DNA from: Lama guanicoe
Lineage: Eukaryota
Reading direction: 5' to 3'
Assembly (NCBI GenBank): GCA_013239625.1
Contig: MU054338.1
Location: 4,179,371-4,243,370 of the forward strand
DNA length: 64,000 nucleotides
The notes below the pieces were generated by a model. That model saw only the letters and a program-made list of their open reading frames with translations, did no database searches and was not told the origin of the DNA. The position numbers and the translations under genes were made by a program. This document shows, in pieces, positions 42,801 to 54,350 of this stretch. How positions within the stretch are numbered: position 1 is the first letter of the stretch; every line of letters starts with the position of its first letter.

Positions 42801-45800
42801 ACCAAGGTCGCAGGGGGCCGGGAGGGCCCGGGAGGGGCCGGGGGGCAGGGCTCCACCTCCCCTGAAGCAGAGCTGTGCGGCTCATCGTGATAATGTTAAA
42901 GGACAACCATTGGGCTCCCTCTCCTGGGAGCTGGGTGCTCGCAGGGCAAAGCCCTGGCTGATGAACTGCTCTGCCCTCGTCATTCCCGGGGCCGGCTCTT
43001 GGCCTGAAGGAGGCGCCCGGTCACCAATGCCAGCTGGATGCGCTCCCCCGGCGGCCGCAAAGCACCGGGACAGAGGCTCCAAACGCCCAGCCCTCGGGCC
43101 CCATGTGATCCGCCAGCGCGTTCAGTTTGGACTCTTCAGCGTTTGACACTTTTTTTTTTTTTTAAAACGAGTGGCCAACCTTCAAAACACCCGGAGATGC
43201 CACATCAAAACTCCCAGCTTCTCTGGAGAAGCGCCTGACTTGGCAACACGGGCTGCACGTCCCCATGGCAACAACAGCGTGAACGCCTCCTGAGCTGCTC
43301 ACCAGCCCCACGCTGTTCTGGACACTCCGCGCGGATGAACTTTGATCTAGAACGTTCCGGGTGCCCGCATTGTTAGCGCCCTGCTTTTTCACAGCGGGAT
43401 CAGGGAGCTTGCCCGGGTCACCCTGAATTGTGGCTGCGGAGGCAGGACAGAGGCCCCGATTTTAACCACGTGGGCGGGGTGTGAATCTCTGTGCTGGCCG
43501 TCCCACCCCCCAGCTCGCTCTCCTATGTCACCTGCCACTGAACATCCTGCTTGCCTCGTGGTTTCACGCCAAGAGGAACACGACACATACTTTTCCCAGT
43601 ACCCGCATGGCTCTCAAAAGTGAGAAAATGAAGATAAATGAGGCTCTAGGTTACGAGTGGGTTTTCTTTGCAGAGAACGTTCTAGACCTCTGCGAGCTGC
43701 CTGGGCTCTGTCGGCTTTTGAGTTTGTGGTGGCCCCTGCCTGAGGGTCTGTCCAGGGTCTGCGTTTGTTTGTTGGGAGTTGTCCCTGGGGCCACCCAACG
43801 TGGACCTTCTGCCCTGAACCCGCCGGGCTCGCGAGCCTGTTTGTGGCCATCTCTGGCTGCTGCGAGTTGGCGCAGTGGGTCTGGCTTGAGGCGGGAGCCC
43901 CAGAGCACAATGGCCAGGAATCCCTCCCTCTGCCGTTCCTGCTCTCTCGTGCTGGGGGGACGAAGGTGCTGAAATTCACAGGAAGCCACAGTTAGACACC
44001 ACCTTGGCGTTCCCAGAAGCCTGATGTCCCTATTTTCCAGACAGGGAAATCGAGGCCCAAGGAGCGAAGGTTCCCTGAGTCCCTGCCCGGTGGGCCACAT
44101 TGGGCCAGCCTAGTTCAGGTGCTGAGTTTGGCCCAGCAAGCCTGGGGCTCGAGTCACACTGGGCCACTCTCTCCACCCGGCCACCCTGGGTCAGCTCTCT
44201 GAGCCTTCCTTTCCACACCTGTGAACATGCATAGAAATACCACCAGCAGCCCCCTGATTGGGGTGGGGCTTATGCAGGGGACACTTTCACGTCTGCTTCC
44301 CAGATGCCTGCGGTCACCTCTGCACCTGTCCTGAGGACGCAAGCTCTGGGGAGCGAGGCCTGTGGCTATTTCTCCAGATCCTGGCCTGGCCCGGGGCGAG
44401 CAGTGTCTGTTGAATGAATACACAGGACGCCCCCAGGAAGCACTCAGCTCGAGGGGTGGTGGGCAGGACCAGGCAAGGCACATGCAGCTCCGCCTGTCCT
44501 AATCAGGTTGGATTATGTCGGCCCAGCCATGAACAGTCTCCCAAATACCCAGGGAGTGGGGAGGGTATAGCTCAGTGGTAGAGTGTGTGCTTAGTATGCA
44601 CGAGGTCCTGAGTTCAATCCCCAGCACCTCCACTTTAAAAAAAATGAAATATATAAATTAACAAATAAATAAATAAACCTAATTACTCCCCTGCCCCCCA
44701 AAAAACATCCAGGGACAGGAGGCCCATTTATGTGGGCTGATATTTCTGCCTAAGTGTCACCTGTACTGGAGACAAAAGATGATTTGAGAATGGTCACAGA
44801 AGAATGTTTTAAAAATAGGAGGAGGGTACAGCTCAGTGGTAGAACGCATGCTTAGCATGCACAAGGTGCTGGGTTCAATCCCCAGTACCACCTCCAAAAG
44901 TAAAACCTAATTACCCCCCACCAAAAAAAGCTAAAAAAAATTATGTCTGTTTTAAAACTTTTTTTTTTTTACTACTTACAGCCTCACAGGAAATTGCCAA
45001 GATGGTGGAGAGGTCCTGCTGGACCCTATACCCGGCTTCCCCCAACGGCAACATCTTACTCTACCGTCGTCCAGTTATCAGAACCAGGCTATGAGCGCTG
45101 GTTTGTTTTTGCGTTTATAGTCACCTCCCATGGCAAGCAATGTCTACTTTCCATCTGCCAAAGAGCTACCGTGGCCTTAAAAAAAAAAAGTTAAGTAGAA
45201 AAAAGAAATGGATGGAATTCAAAGCCTTAAATAACAGGGCTGGCTGGGAAACGCCAACTCAAGTCCGTCAGTCGGTGCCTAGGAGCTGCGCATGGCTGAA
45301 GGCAGCCGCGTCGCACCCGCTGTCCTCACCAGGGAACACAGACGTCGCTGGCATCCGCGTCTGCTCCGCGGTCCCTCAGTGGAAGAGCCGGCAAGGAAAT
45401 CTTTCGTGTTTCTGCGATGCCAAATTTCAAACATGTGCAAAACTAGAACAACAGTCCAAGGAATCTCCACGTACCCAGGTCAGACCAGCATCGCGGCTTG
45501 GCCACGCTTGCTTCATCACTGCCAAAACGTCTTGTCCGGATCGCAGATTCTGTGTTTTGAAGTGTGTCCCAAATCCCATTGTGGGAATTTCCTTGAATCC
45601 CAGATGATTAACATTCATCCCTCCAGGCCCTTCGATGCCCCATCTGTATCTGCAATTTCCCGTACCTGCGCTGGTTTCCAGCCGGTCAGATTTAGGAGTA
45701 AAACGAGGTCCACGCTTTGCCAGGCGTCTCCTCATTCAAGGCAGGCAGTCCTCCGTGCTTTCTTCCCTCCTGCCCTGGATTCGTCGAAGACCCTGGGTCA

Positions 45801-48800
45801 TTGTCCGCACAAAGTCTCATGTTTGGGACAGTCCATGGGCGTCACGGGCCCTACTTTCCACCCCTCATTGCCCCACACACCCAAAGCCAACTGCCGGCGC
45901 CAGATTCAGCTTCAGCACGTTTTGCGCTCTGCTTTTTAATCCAAGAATATTTTAATATTTATTTCCCAATAGATGAAAACTTTAGTGAAATTGTAACACT
46001 TTGGTTATCATACCTTAATATCCTTCATGTCATCAAATCACCAGCCATTATTCCAATTCCTGTGAACATCTCAAAGGCTTTTTCCTTTCACATCCTGTTT
46101 TAGTCAGGACTCCAGTCAGGCTGACCCACTGTGGCTGGCTGCTATGTCCCTGTCCCCCACAGACGGCCCCCGTGTCACTGTGTCCCTGTCCCTGTCCCCC
46201 ACAGGCAGCCCCTGTGTCTCTGTGTCCCTGTCCCCCACAGGCGGTCCCCATGTCAATGTGCTTCGCTTCACTGTGCTTCAGAGATATTGCTTTTTTTTTC
46301 CTTCACAAATTGAAGGTCTGTGGCCACCCTGCATCAAGCAAGTCTATCAGCACCATTTTCCCAACAGCATTTGCTCAGGTCGTGTCTCTGCGTCACATTT
46401 TGGTAATTCTCGCAATATTTCAAACTTTTTCATGATGATGATATTTGCTATGATCTGTGATCAGTGACCTTTGATGTTACTATTGTAATTGCTTTGGGGC
46501 GCCGTGAACCGTGCCCACATACGATGGCGAACTTTATCAGTGAATGCTGTGTGTGCTGGCTGCCCTCCTGACTGGCCCTCCCCTGTCTCTCTCCCTCTCC
46601 TCTGGCCTCCCCATTCCCTGAAACACAACGGGACAACACAACTGAGACCATCCAATCACCCTACAAGGGTCCCGAGTGTCCAAGTGAAAGGGAGTCGCAC
46701 GTCTCTCCCCTTAAATCAAAAGCTAGAAGCGAAGAAGCTTAGTTAGGGAGGCAGGTCTGAAAGCTGAGAGAGGCTGAAAGCCGGGTCTCTTGCACCAGTC
46801 AGCCAGCCAAGTTGCGAAGGCAAAGGAAAAGTTCTTGAAGGAAATCGAAGGTGCCTCCCCAGTGAACGCACACTTGATAAGAAAGCGGGACCGCTTCATC
46901 ACCCATCTGGAGAAAGCCTGAGTGGTCTGGACAGACAGTCAACCAGCCACAACGCTCCCTCAAGCCAAAGCCTCATCCAGAGCCAGGCCCGAGCTCTCTT
47001 CAATCCTGCGAAGGCTGAGAGGTGAGGAGGCTGCAGAACAGTGCGAGGCCAGCAGAGGCTGGCTCGCGGGCTGTAGGGAAAGCAGCCGTCTCCATAGCGG
47101 AAAAGTCAAGGGGAAGCCATCAGTGCTGCTTCCGGTTATCCGGAAGATCTCACTCGGATCATTCATGAAGGTGACTGCACTAAACCATGGATTTTTAAAG
47201 TAGACAAAACAGCCTTCTATTGTTGGAAGAAAATGCCACCTAGGACGTCCATAGCTAGAGAGGAGAAGTCAGTGACTGGCTTCCAAGTTTCACGGGACAG
47301 GCTGACTCTCTTGTTCACGGCCAGTGCAGCCGGGGCCTTGCAGGTGAAGCCACTGCTCATTTACCTCCCCGAGTCCTAGCGCCCTTCAGAACGATGCTAA
47401 GTCTACTCTGCCCGAGCTCTATAAATGGAACAACAAAGCCCGGAAGACGGCACATCTATTTCCAACACGGTTTACTGAGTATTTTAAGCCCGAGATTGAG
47501 ACCTGCTGCTCAGAAAAAAAGTTTCCTTTCAAAATATGACTGCTCATCGACCATGCACCTGGTCACCCCAGAGCCCTGACGGAGACGGACGGTGAGACTC
47601 TCGTGGCTTCCATGCCTGCTCACACAGCATCCATTCTGCCGCCCGGGGATCAAAGAGTCATTTCCACTTACAAGTCTTATTCTTAAGAAAGACGTTTCGT
47701 AACGCTGTAGCTGCCACAGGTCATGATTCCTCTGATGGATCTGGGCAGTCATGTGAGAACCTTCTGGAAAGGGTTCACCATTCTAGATGCTACTAAGAAC
47801 ATTTTTGAGTCATGGGAAGAGGTCAGGATATCAGCATTAACAGGAATTGGGAAGAAGTTGATTCCAACCCTCACGGGTGACTTTGAGGGTTTCAAGACCT
47901 CAGTGGAGGAAGTCACTGCAGATGCAGAAGAAACAGCAAGAGAACTAGAATTCGAAGTGGAGCCTGAAGATGTGACCAAACTGCTGTCATCTCAGGATAA
48001 AACTCTAACAGATGAGGAGCTGCTTCTTACGGGTGAGCGAAGAAAGTGGTTTCTGGAGATGGAAACTACCCCTGGTGCAGACACTGTGCAGATTGTTGAA
48101 ATAACAATAAAGGATTTAGGATATGACATAAACTTTGTTGATAAAGCAGTGGCAGGGGTTAAGAGGATGGACTTCAATTTTGAAAGAAGTTCTGCTGTGG
48201 GTAAGATGCTCTCCAACAGCACTGCAGGCTACAGAGAAGTCATTCATAAAAGGAAGAGTGTAGGGGGGAGGGTACAGCTCAGGGGTAGAGCACTTGCTTA
48301 GCATGCCCGAGGCCCTGGGTTCAATCCCCAGTACCTCCTCCAAATATAAATAAATAAATAAACCTAATTACCTCCCCCTCAAAGAACAAAGGGAAAAAAA
48401 GGGAAGAGTCCATCGACGGAGCAGAGTTCACCCCGTCTTATTTAAAGGAATTGCGGCAGCCGCCCCAGCCTTCAGTGCCCACCACTCTGATCAGTCATCC
48501 GCCACAACACCAAGGCCAGGCCCTCCGCCAGCAAGCAGATTACGATTTGCTGATGATGCTCAGATGATGGTTGGCGTTTTCTAGCATTTTCCGGTCATTT
48601 TCTTTCCCCCACATTGATTTGCTAGAATTCTTCCCAGAAGAAGACATCACCTTCCTCAAGGGGGGCTGTTTGGTTATCCTGAACTATAGCTCCTGCCCAG
48701 CAGGCAGGTTAAGCGCTTTCCTTCCCCCGCTTCCAGGGCCCATTTTCAGGCCGAGGAGTGGGCGTCCTCGTTGCCTCCAGTGGTGACAGCGAGGTTCGTT

Positions 48801-51800
48801 GTCTTGTCTTCCTTTGTTTTGTTCTCTTTCTCTCTCATCCTTCGTGCATTTCAAGTGTTTCCATCAGTCTTTTCTGTTACTGCTCAAGCTGGCACATCTT
48901 TGGCCAAAAAGAGCCCGCTCACTCCGCACGGCACCCTTTGGACACAGCCCCATTGCACACTCGCCCTCCCGCTTTCTGCACAAGACTTCCCACCCGACCT
49001 TTCGCATTTCTGGCCCAGCCCTGGAATCGGCCACTTCTCCGAGGAGCCCTTTTGCAGTGGCGTCCCGTCTGGGTGCCGGGGTACTCACTGCTCCAGGGCT
49101 GTCATCATTTCCAAGACTTTCCAGCTGACAGAGCCAGGAAACATGCACTTTTGAAAGGAAAAAAAAAATCACCAGCTCATACTGATATCTCCAGCTCACA
49201 CTTAACACGAGTACTTTACTTCTCTTTTAACACGAGTGCTTTACTTCTCTTTTCTCTTTTCCCTACAAAGTTTGGTTCCTGAAACCGCTGACATTCTCGT
49301 CTGCATGATTCCATCAGATACCAAAGAGCTTCCAAAGAATATACCGATGGTAACTCCTGGGAATAAAACTACCCAAGGAAGTTTAAGATTTCTTCGCAGC
49401 TCTGGTTTTCCCTACAGTGCATCTTGCTGTGGATGTGCAATAAAAACCCTGGGTCCCTTGAGATCGTTACTTCCTCTGTGTAGCCGTGATGTGACACTGA
49501 CGTGCAGGGCTTGTTCGTTTCAGCTTGGTTTTCGAAGTTGAGCGATTGCTTTTTAAAATCACATTTTTGAATTTGCAACAGATTTAAAAGATTCCAAGGT
49601 CAAAGTTGCATAAAAAGGTATATCTACCTCCCCCCTCCCCCAGAACCGTGCTCTCCTTTGCCCTTAGGCAACTGTTTTCAAGTGTTTCTTCTGGTGTTTC
49701 TTTTTGCAAATACAAAGCAGGTGTGTGTGTGTGATTCCTTCTCACACAAAAACTAGCATTCCGTTTTTACCAGTCTTTATTTTTTTTTTAAACTTCACAA
49801 TATATTCTGAAGATCTCACATCAGTGTCAAGAAGTGTCTTCTCCTCCCTTGTCCCTCTTAACAACCAGTATTCCGTTGTGTGGCAGTGCAACTGTTTGTT
49901 CAAATGATGGCCCATGGACAACAAGCTGTCTGCAGTCTTTTGCCACCACCAACCATGCCCCACTCAGTCACCTTCTCATGGCGTTTCGTATTTTTGCGTG
50001 CATCTTTAGGATGGGTTCTTAGGAGTGGAATTCTGTGTTCAGCACTGCCACCAGCAGTAGATGCAGTGGCCATTTCCTCACGGCCACGTCAAGGATGTCT
50101 GTCAACCTGTGTAGGTGCGAAATAGTATTTCCCTGATTTTAAATGAGCATTAACGGTGAATGAGGCTTTGGCATCTTTTCCAAAGTTTTAGGGCCATTTT
50201 CATTTCTTCTTTGTTGCACTTTATATCTTTTGCTCATTTTTCTTTTGTCCCTAGTGGATTATTGGCCTTTTTCTTCTTGACTTTTAGGAACTCTTTATAT
50301 ATTAGCCGTTTGCAATATAGGTTATTAAAACTACCCCCTTACCGGTTTGTCAGATCTTTTGCTTTACTGTGACTTTTTGACATGTGAAAGTTATTTTTTT
50401 TAAACTTTTGTCAAAGTTATCATTATTTTCTGTTATTTCTTCTGGATTTCGAGATGCTGTTGCTGTTTTTCCCAATCCCAGGTTATGAGGTAACGCATCC
50501 GTGGTTTCTTTAGTACTTGTACAGTTTTATTTCCTACGTGTATGTCTCTGATCCATTTGGAATTTATCCTAGTCTGGGGAATGAGGTAAGGATTCAATCT
50601 GATCTTTTACCAAATTGTGACCCAGCTGTCGTCGTGTCATTTATTTAAAAGCCTGTTTCTCCACTTCGGATGGTAACCTAGCCATAGACCAACTTTCCGT
50701 ATTCATCCAGGTCTACTTCTGGGCTCTCTGTTCTGTCCACGGGCCTGTCTGTCCACTTGTGCTCTGGTGCTTTAATGATGCACTCTTCCTGTTTTGGTAT
50801 CTAGCATGTTGGATGCCCCTCCCCAACCCCACTGCTTATCCTTGTCTGCGTTCCCCTGGACATTGCTGCTTATTTTTGTATATGAATGTTAGAAATCATC
50901 CATCTCCTCTAAAAAGATAGTATTTGGCTCATGTTAAGATTAGAAAGTCATCTAGGAACATCTCAGCTCCTTTATAATGCTGAGTCTTCCCCTCCAAGAA
51001 CATTTCTATCTTCCTTTTGTTGAATTCTCCTTTGGAGTCACTTAGGAATATTTTACTGAAGCTCTCCTTAAAGATCTTCCTTAAAGACGTTGCACATTTT
51101 GGGAAAAAGTTTTGCCTCTTTTTTTTGTTGCTTGTAGTGTTGCTGTAAATGGGGCCTTCTTTCTTATTGCTAACCGGTGATTTTTGTCTACGTGTAGGCT
51201 GGGGCCTTCTGTATGTTAATGCTCCGTCAGAGTCTCTCCAGTTGGTACTAGTTTGTTGACTTTCTTGAGTTTTCCAGGAATAATCACATCATCTGCGAGC
51301 AGACACGATTTTATCTCCTTTTTTCCAATTCTGGTTTCTCGAATTGCTTTCTTTTTATCTCACTGCTTTAGCTATCCTCTCGTATCTAAGTCATAACAGC
51401 AAGTGTGGGCAATTTTATCTTATTCCCAACTTTAGTGGGAAGGGAAGTTTCCACTAAATAAGATGCCGCCTGAGGATACATTTATCAATTCCTAGTGTGT
51501 TTTTTTTCAGTCAGGAATGCATGAGTTTTGTCAGTTAAACTGCCCTTTTTGTGTGTATGACAATGTGACTTTTTCTTTACTTAAGATGTTAACACAATAA
51601 ATTGTGATGAACCATCCTTGCTTTCCTGGACGACTCTCATATGGCTGTGTGGTTTTTTGTTTTTGATGTGCTGTTGTATTCTATTTTACAAGGAAATTCT
51701 GGAGAAACTAGGAGGAGGTGGGGCTCATAGTGGGCAGCCTTGGGGAGCCATGGAAGTCTCCCTGGGGTTGGAGGGCAGAGCAGGGATGTGGGCAGCAGTG

Positions 51801-53502
51801 AGCTGGGAACTCTCAGACTGTCCCCAGTGAAAGTGCCTGGACAAAAGAAAGGCAAGCGAAAACTGCTTAAATCCACCTTAAAAGGGATATTTCAGTCAAA
51901 AAACCCACCAGCGAGGAACCAGTTAAGTAAATTATGACACATCCATACAACAGGATACCATATAGTGATTAAAAAGAACCGGGAACTTCCGTGTGTGCCA
52001 ACAGAGGAATCATCTCCAGCTATATGCTAAGTGAATAGTGTCAAAGGCAAATCAGTGTCTTCACCATTTGTATAAAAAAGGAGGAAAAAGACCATCAGAA
52101 CGAGATTTGCCCAGTACAGCATATGCCGAAAATAGTGCTGGAAGGAGACACAAGAAACAGATAACTTAAGCTGCCTCCAGGGAGGGTGAAACTGGGTGGC
52201 TGGGGACAGCGAGGAGTCCCTGCACTCTTCCCCGCTGCTGTTGTTCTGCTGTTTGGTTTAGGAGCTCCACCAGTGTCCTACCTGTCCAAAACATGAACAC
52301 AGAAAACGCAAACTTGGAAATGAAAAAGGAAAACGGACCCAGGGGGCTTGGTTCTTCCTCACCGGGCGGCACCAGCCTAGGTTTCCGTCCTCGCAGGGTG
52401 TCAAGAGGGCTGCTGCACCAGCCTCTTCCTCGCCCGGCCCCTTCCACGGCTGCCTAGGTGGGCCGGGCCCCCAGTGTCGTCATCGTGTTTGACGGCTCCA
52501 TGGAGACGATGGTCCAGAGAGCTCTGCACCGGGGCCAGGTGGAGCGCCACGCTGACGACTGCGAGTCGGCCATCCGCCAGCGCCTGGAGACGCACTACAC
52601 CCTGTGCGAGCCCGTCTTGACCTACCAGCAGAAGGACCTGCTCCGAAACGTAGGTGCTCCCTGCCTGCCGCTCACTCTAGTGGCCCCCTAGGGAGGCAAG
52701 TCCAGCTCACAGAGCACAGGGGTTAGGCCGTCACCCTGGGGCCCAGACCCCTCTGGGCCTTGGTTTCCCCAATGTGGACGAGGAGGGGTTCCATTTCTTT
52801 CCCTCGGCAGAATGGGTGCGGGCCTCCCAGCTGTGACACGTAAGGTCTAAACAGAATGGCTCCAAAACTGCATACTTAAATACATTTCAGAATGTGTCTA
52901 GGAAACGTAAGATTGTGACAACTGGTCAACCACAGCTCACCTCAAATCCAGCCACATGTGTTCTCAAAGTAGAAAGTAGGAACCTTAGTTCTTCAAAGTA
53001 ACCCATGCAATTCTTGTACTTGCGTTGCTGTGAAGATCGAGAACTTTGGTGTCACTCCTGCTCCCCTCCCCCAACTGAACCTAAGAGGGGGCACGAGAGG
53101 AACTAGCCCCGACCATGGAGGATGGGAGGGGAAGGCAGTGGGCCAGCCTGGCACAACCCTGGTCCTGCGGCCTATTCCGAGGGACAGGATCTCCGCAGTC
53201 TGTGCGGCTGAGCGCCCAGCCGCTAGTAACGCATCACACTGCCCGGCAGCCCTCCTCACCCATTTCCCGCATCCCTCACCTGCGTGGCCCTGGGGCTGCA
53301 CCTCTCCACTCCTGACCACTCAATCCACAGGCCTGCGAACCTGTCTCCCCCTCGTTGGGTGGGGAGGGGCACTGGTGGAGGGCAGTGACCTTGCTACACT
53401 CAGAGCTGACCGCTTTTGCTTCCCCTCCTCTAGATCCTGGCAGAGGCAGCTCCAGAAGACATTTTTGTCAAGTGCTGCTCTGTCATCGAAAGTCTGCAGT
53501 GA
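39895..53502 (+). CDS. Unnamed adenylate kinase 1-like gene, 5 exons (211 aa if one extra G is removed); carries a +1 frameshift in exon 3, so either an assembly error or a young pseudogene
   Basis: Exons 39895-39955 (MGLCKSK...), 41164-41363 ([17 protein letters not shown]-loop, LLR, LVP), 41886-42000 ([17 protein letters not shown]), 52458-52649 (R..HRG...DD...IRQRLE..EPV), 53434-53502 ([22 protein letters not shown]). All introns are GT-AG and phases are compatible apart from the G6 run at 41965-41970. Exon 1 assignment is less certain than exons 2-5. Confidence 0.85.
44558..44940 (+). mobile_element. Two tRNA-Ala-derived SINEs (about 44558-44706 and 44818-44940) in intron 3 of the AK1-like gene
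   Basis: GGAGGGTA(T/C)AGCTCAGTGGTAGA...GTTCAATCCCCAG heads and AAACCTAATTAC tails. Confidence 0.85.
46144..46260 (+). repeat. GC-rich minisatellite, 3 units of about 36-42 bp
   Basis: TGTCCCTGTCCCCCACAG(A/G)C(G/A)G(C/T)CCC..TGTC repeated three times. Confidence 0.85.
46237..48590 (+). mobile_element. Near-full-length degraded Tigger1 DNA transposon with a SINE insertion at about 48262-48400
   Basis: Tigger1-like 5' sequence CAAATTGAAGGTCTGTGGCCACCCTGCATCAAGCAAGTCTATC and pogo-transposase remnants ([31 protein letters not shown]). SINE flanked by AAA(A/G)GGAAGAGT repeats. Confidence 0.85.
49600..51700 (-). mobile_element. Ancient antisense L1M remnant
   Basis: T-rich tract with L1-like motifs (TCTCTGATCCATTTGGAATTTATCCT, GAGTTTTCCAGGAATAATCACATCATCTGC). 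Confidence 0.55.
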
Positions 53503-54344
53503 GGTGGGAGAGGGCTGGGGGCCGACGTCCCCCTCCCCCTGGGACCTGCACACAGCTCAGAGGGGGTGCACTGCCTGAGGTGAGACGCCTGGGGAGGGGG
53601 TCCCCAGGGTTCCAGTCTATGCTGACTGCCCACATGACCCAAGCCTGCTGCCCAGGTGGGCTGACTGAGGGCTGCCACTGACCAATCTGGAAGGCTGCGG
53701 GGCTGTGCAGCCCACCTCGCGGCTGCAGCTGTTGCCACTCCTGCCTGGTGCTGCCCCACTCAGGCCTGTGGGCCCAGGCATCCCGATTCTGACTGTGAAA
53801 CCTGACTTTTAAGTGCCGTAATTCAACCATAAATGCCAAGGGACCAATGCGGCCACACAGCGTGCCTCCAGATGGTCCCCCCTGGGCCAGGCAGCTCAGG
53901 TGGCCCCTCAGTTCACTCTCCCGTCTCCTGTCCTCATCCCTGGGCTGCCACCAACCACTGGAATGGACACTGTCTCCTTGAACGGGCCAGGTTTGCACCT
54001 CAGGGCTCACTAGCAAAAGAGGACACAGCTAGGTGTGTACCAAGGCCAGGCTGACTCCCGTGAGGCATGGCTGTGGGTTTGCGTGGTGGCAAGCTGTAGC
54101 CATGGGAACACCTGTCCCCAGGGACCCTCCTGGGTGCCTCGCTCCCCAAGTTCCCAGGAGAAACGCTGGGGGAGGACTGCACCTCAGGGGCTCAGCCTGC
54201 TTCTCCCTTCCTGCAAGGCACGACCAGACGGGTGAAGTCTGGGGGGCCCACACCCTACTCTCATTGGTCAAGCCTTGTTCCTCTTCAACTCGTTTCCTCC
54301 ACCAACACAACTGCGGCCAGCACGCAGTTTTAGACAAAAAGCAC

Positions 54345-54350
54345 TTTATT
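54345..54350 (-). terminator. Distal KHSRP polyadenylation signal
   Basis: Minus-strand AATAAA at the end of a U-rich 3' UTR. Further AATAAA at 54583-54588 and 54905-54910. Confidence 0.7.

Noticed and set aside
47723..48301. 192-aa ORF in Tigger1 as a domesticated TIGD-like gene
   Set aside because: The upstream transposase region appears to have lost its start codon and has stops and frameshifts, and the ORF runs into an inserted SINE. It looks like a fossil remnant.
39895..53502. AK-like locus as a processed AK1 pseudogene or as AK1 itself
   Set aside because: It has four spliceosomal introns, so it is not processed, and its sequence and neighbouring genes differ from those of AK1.
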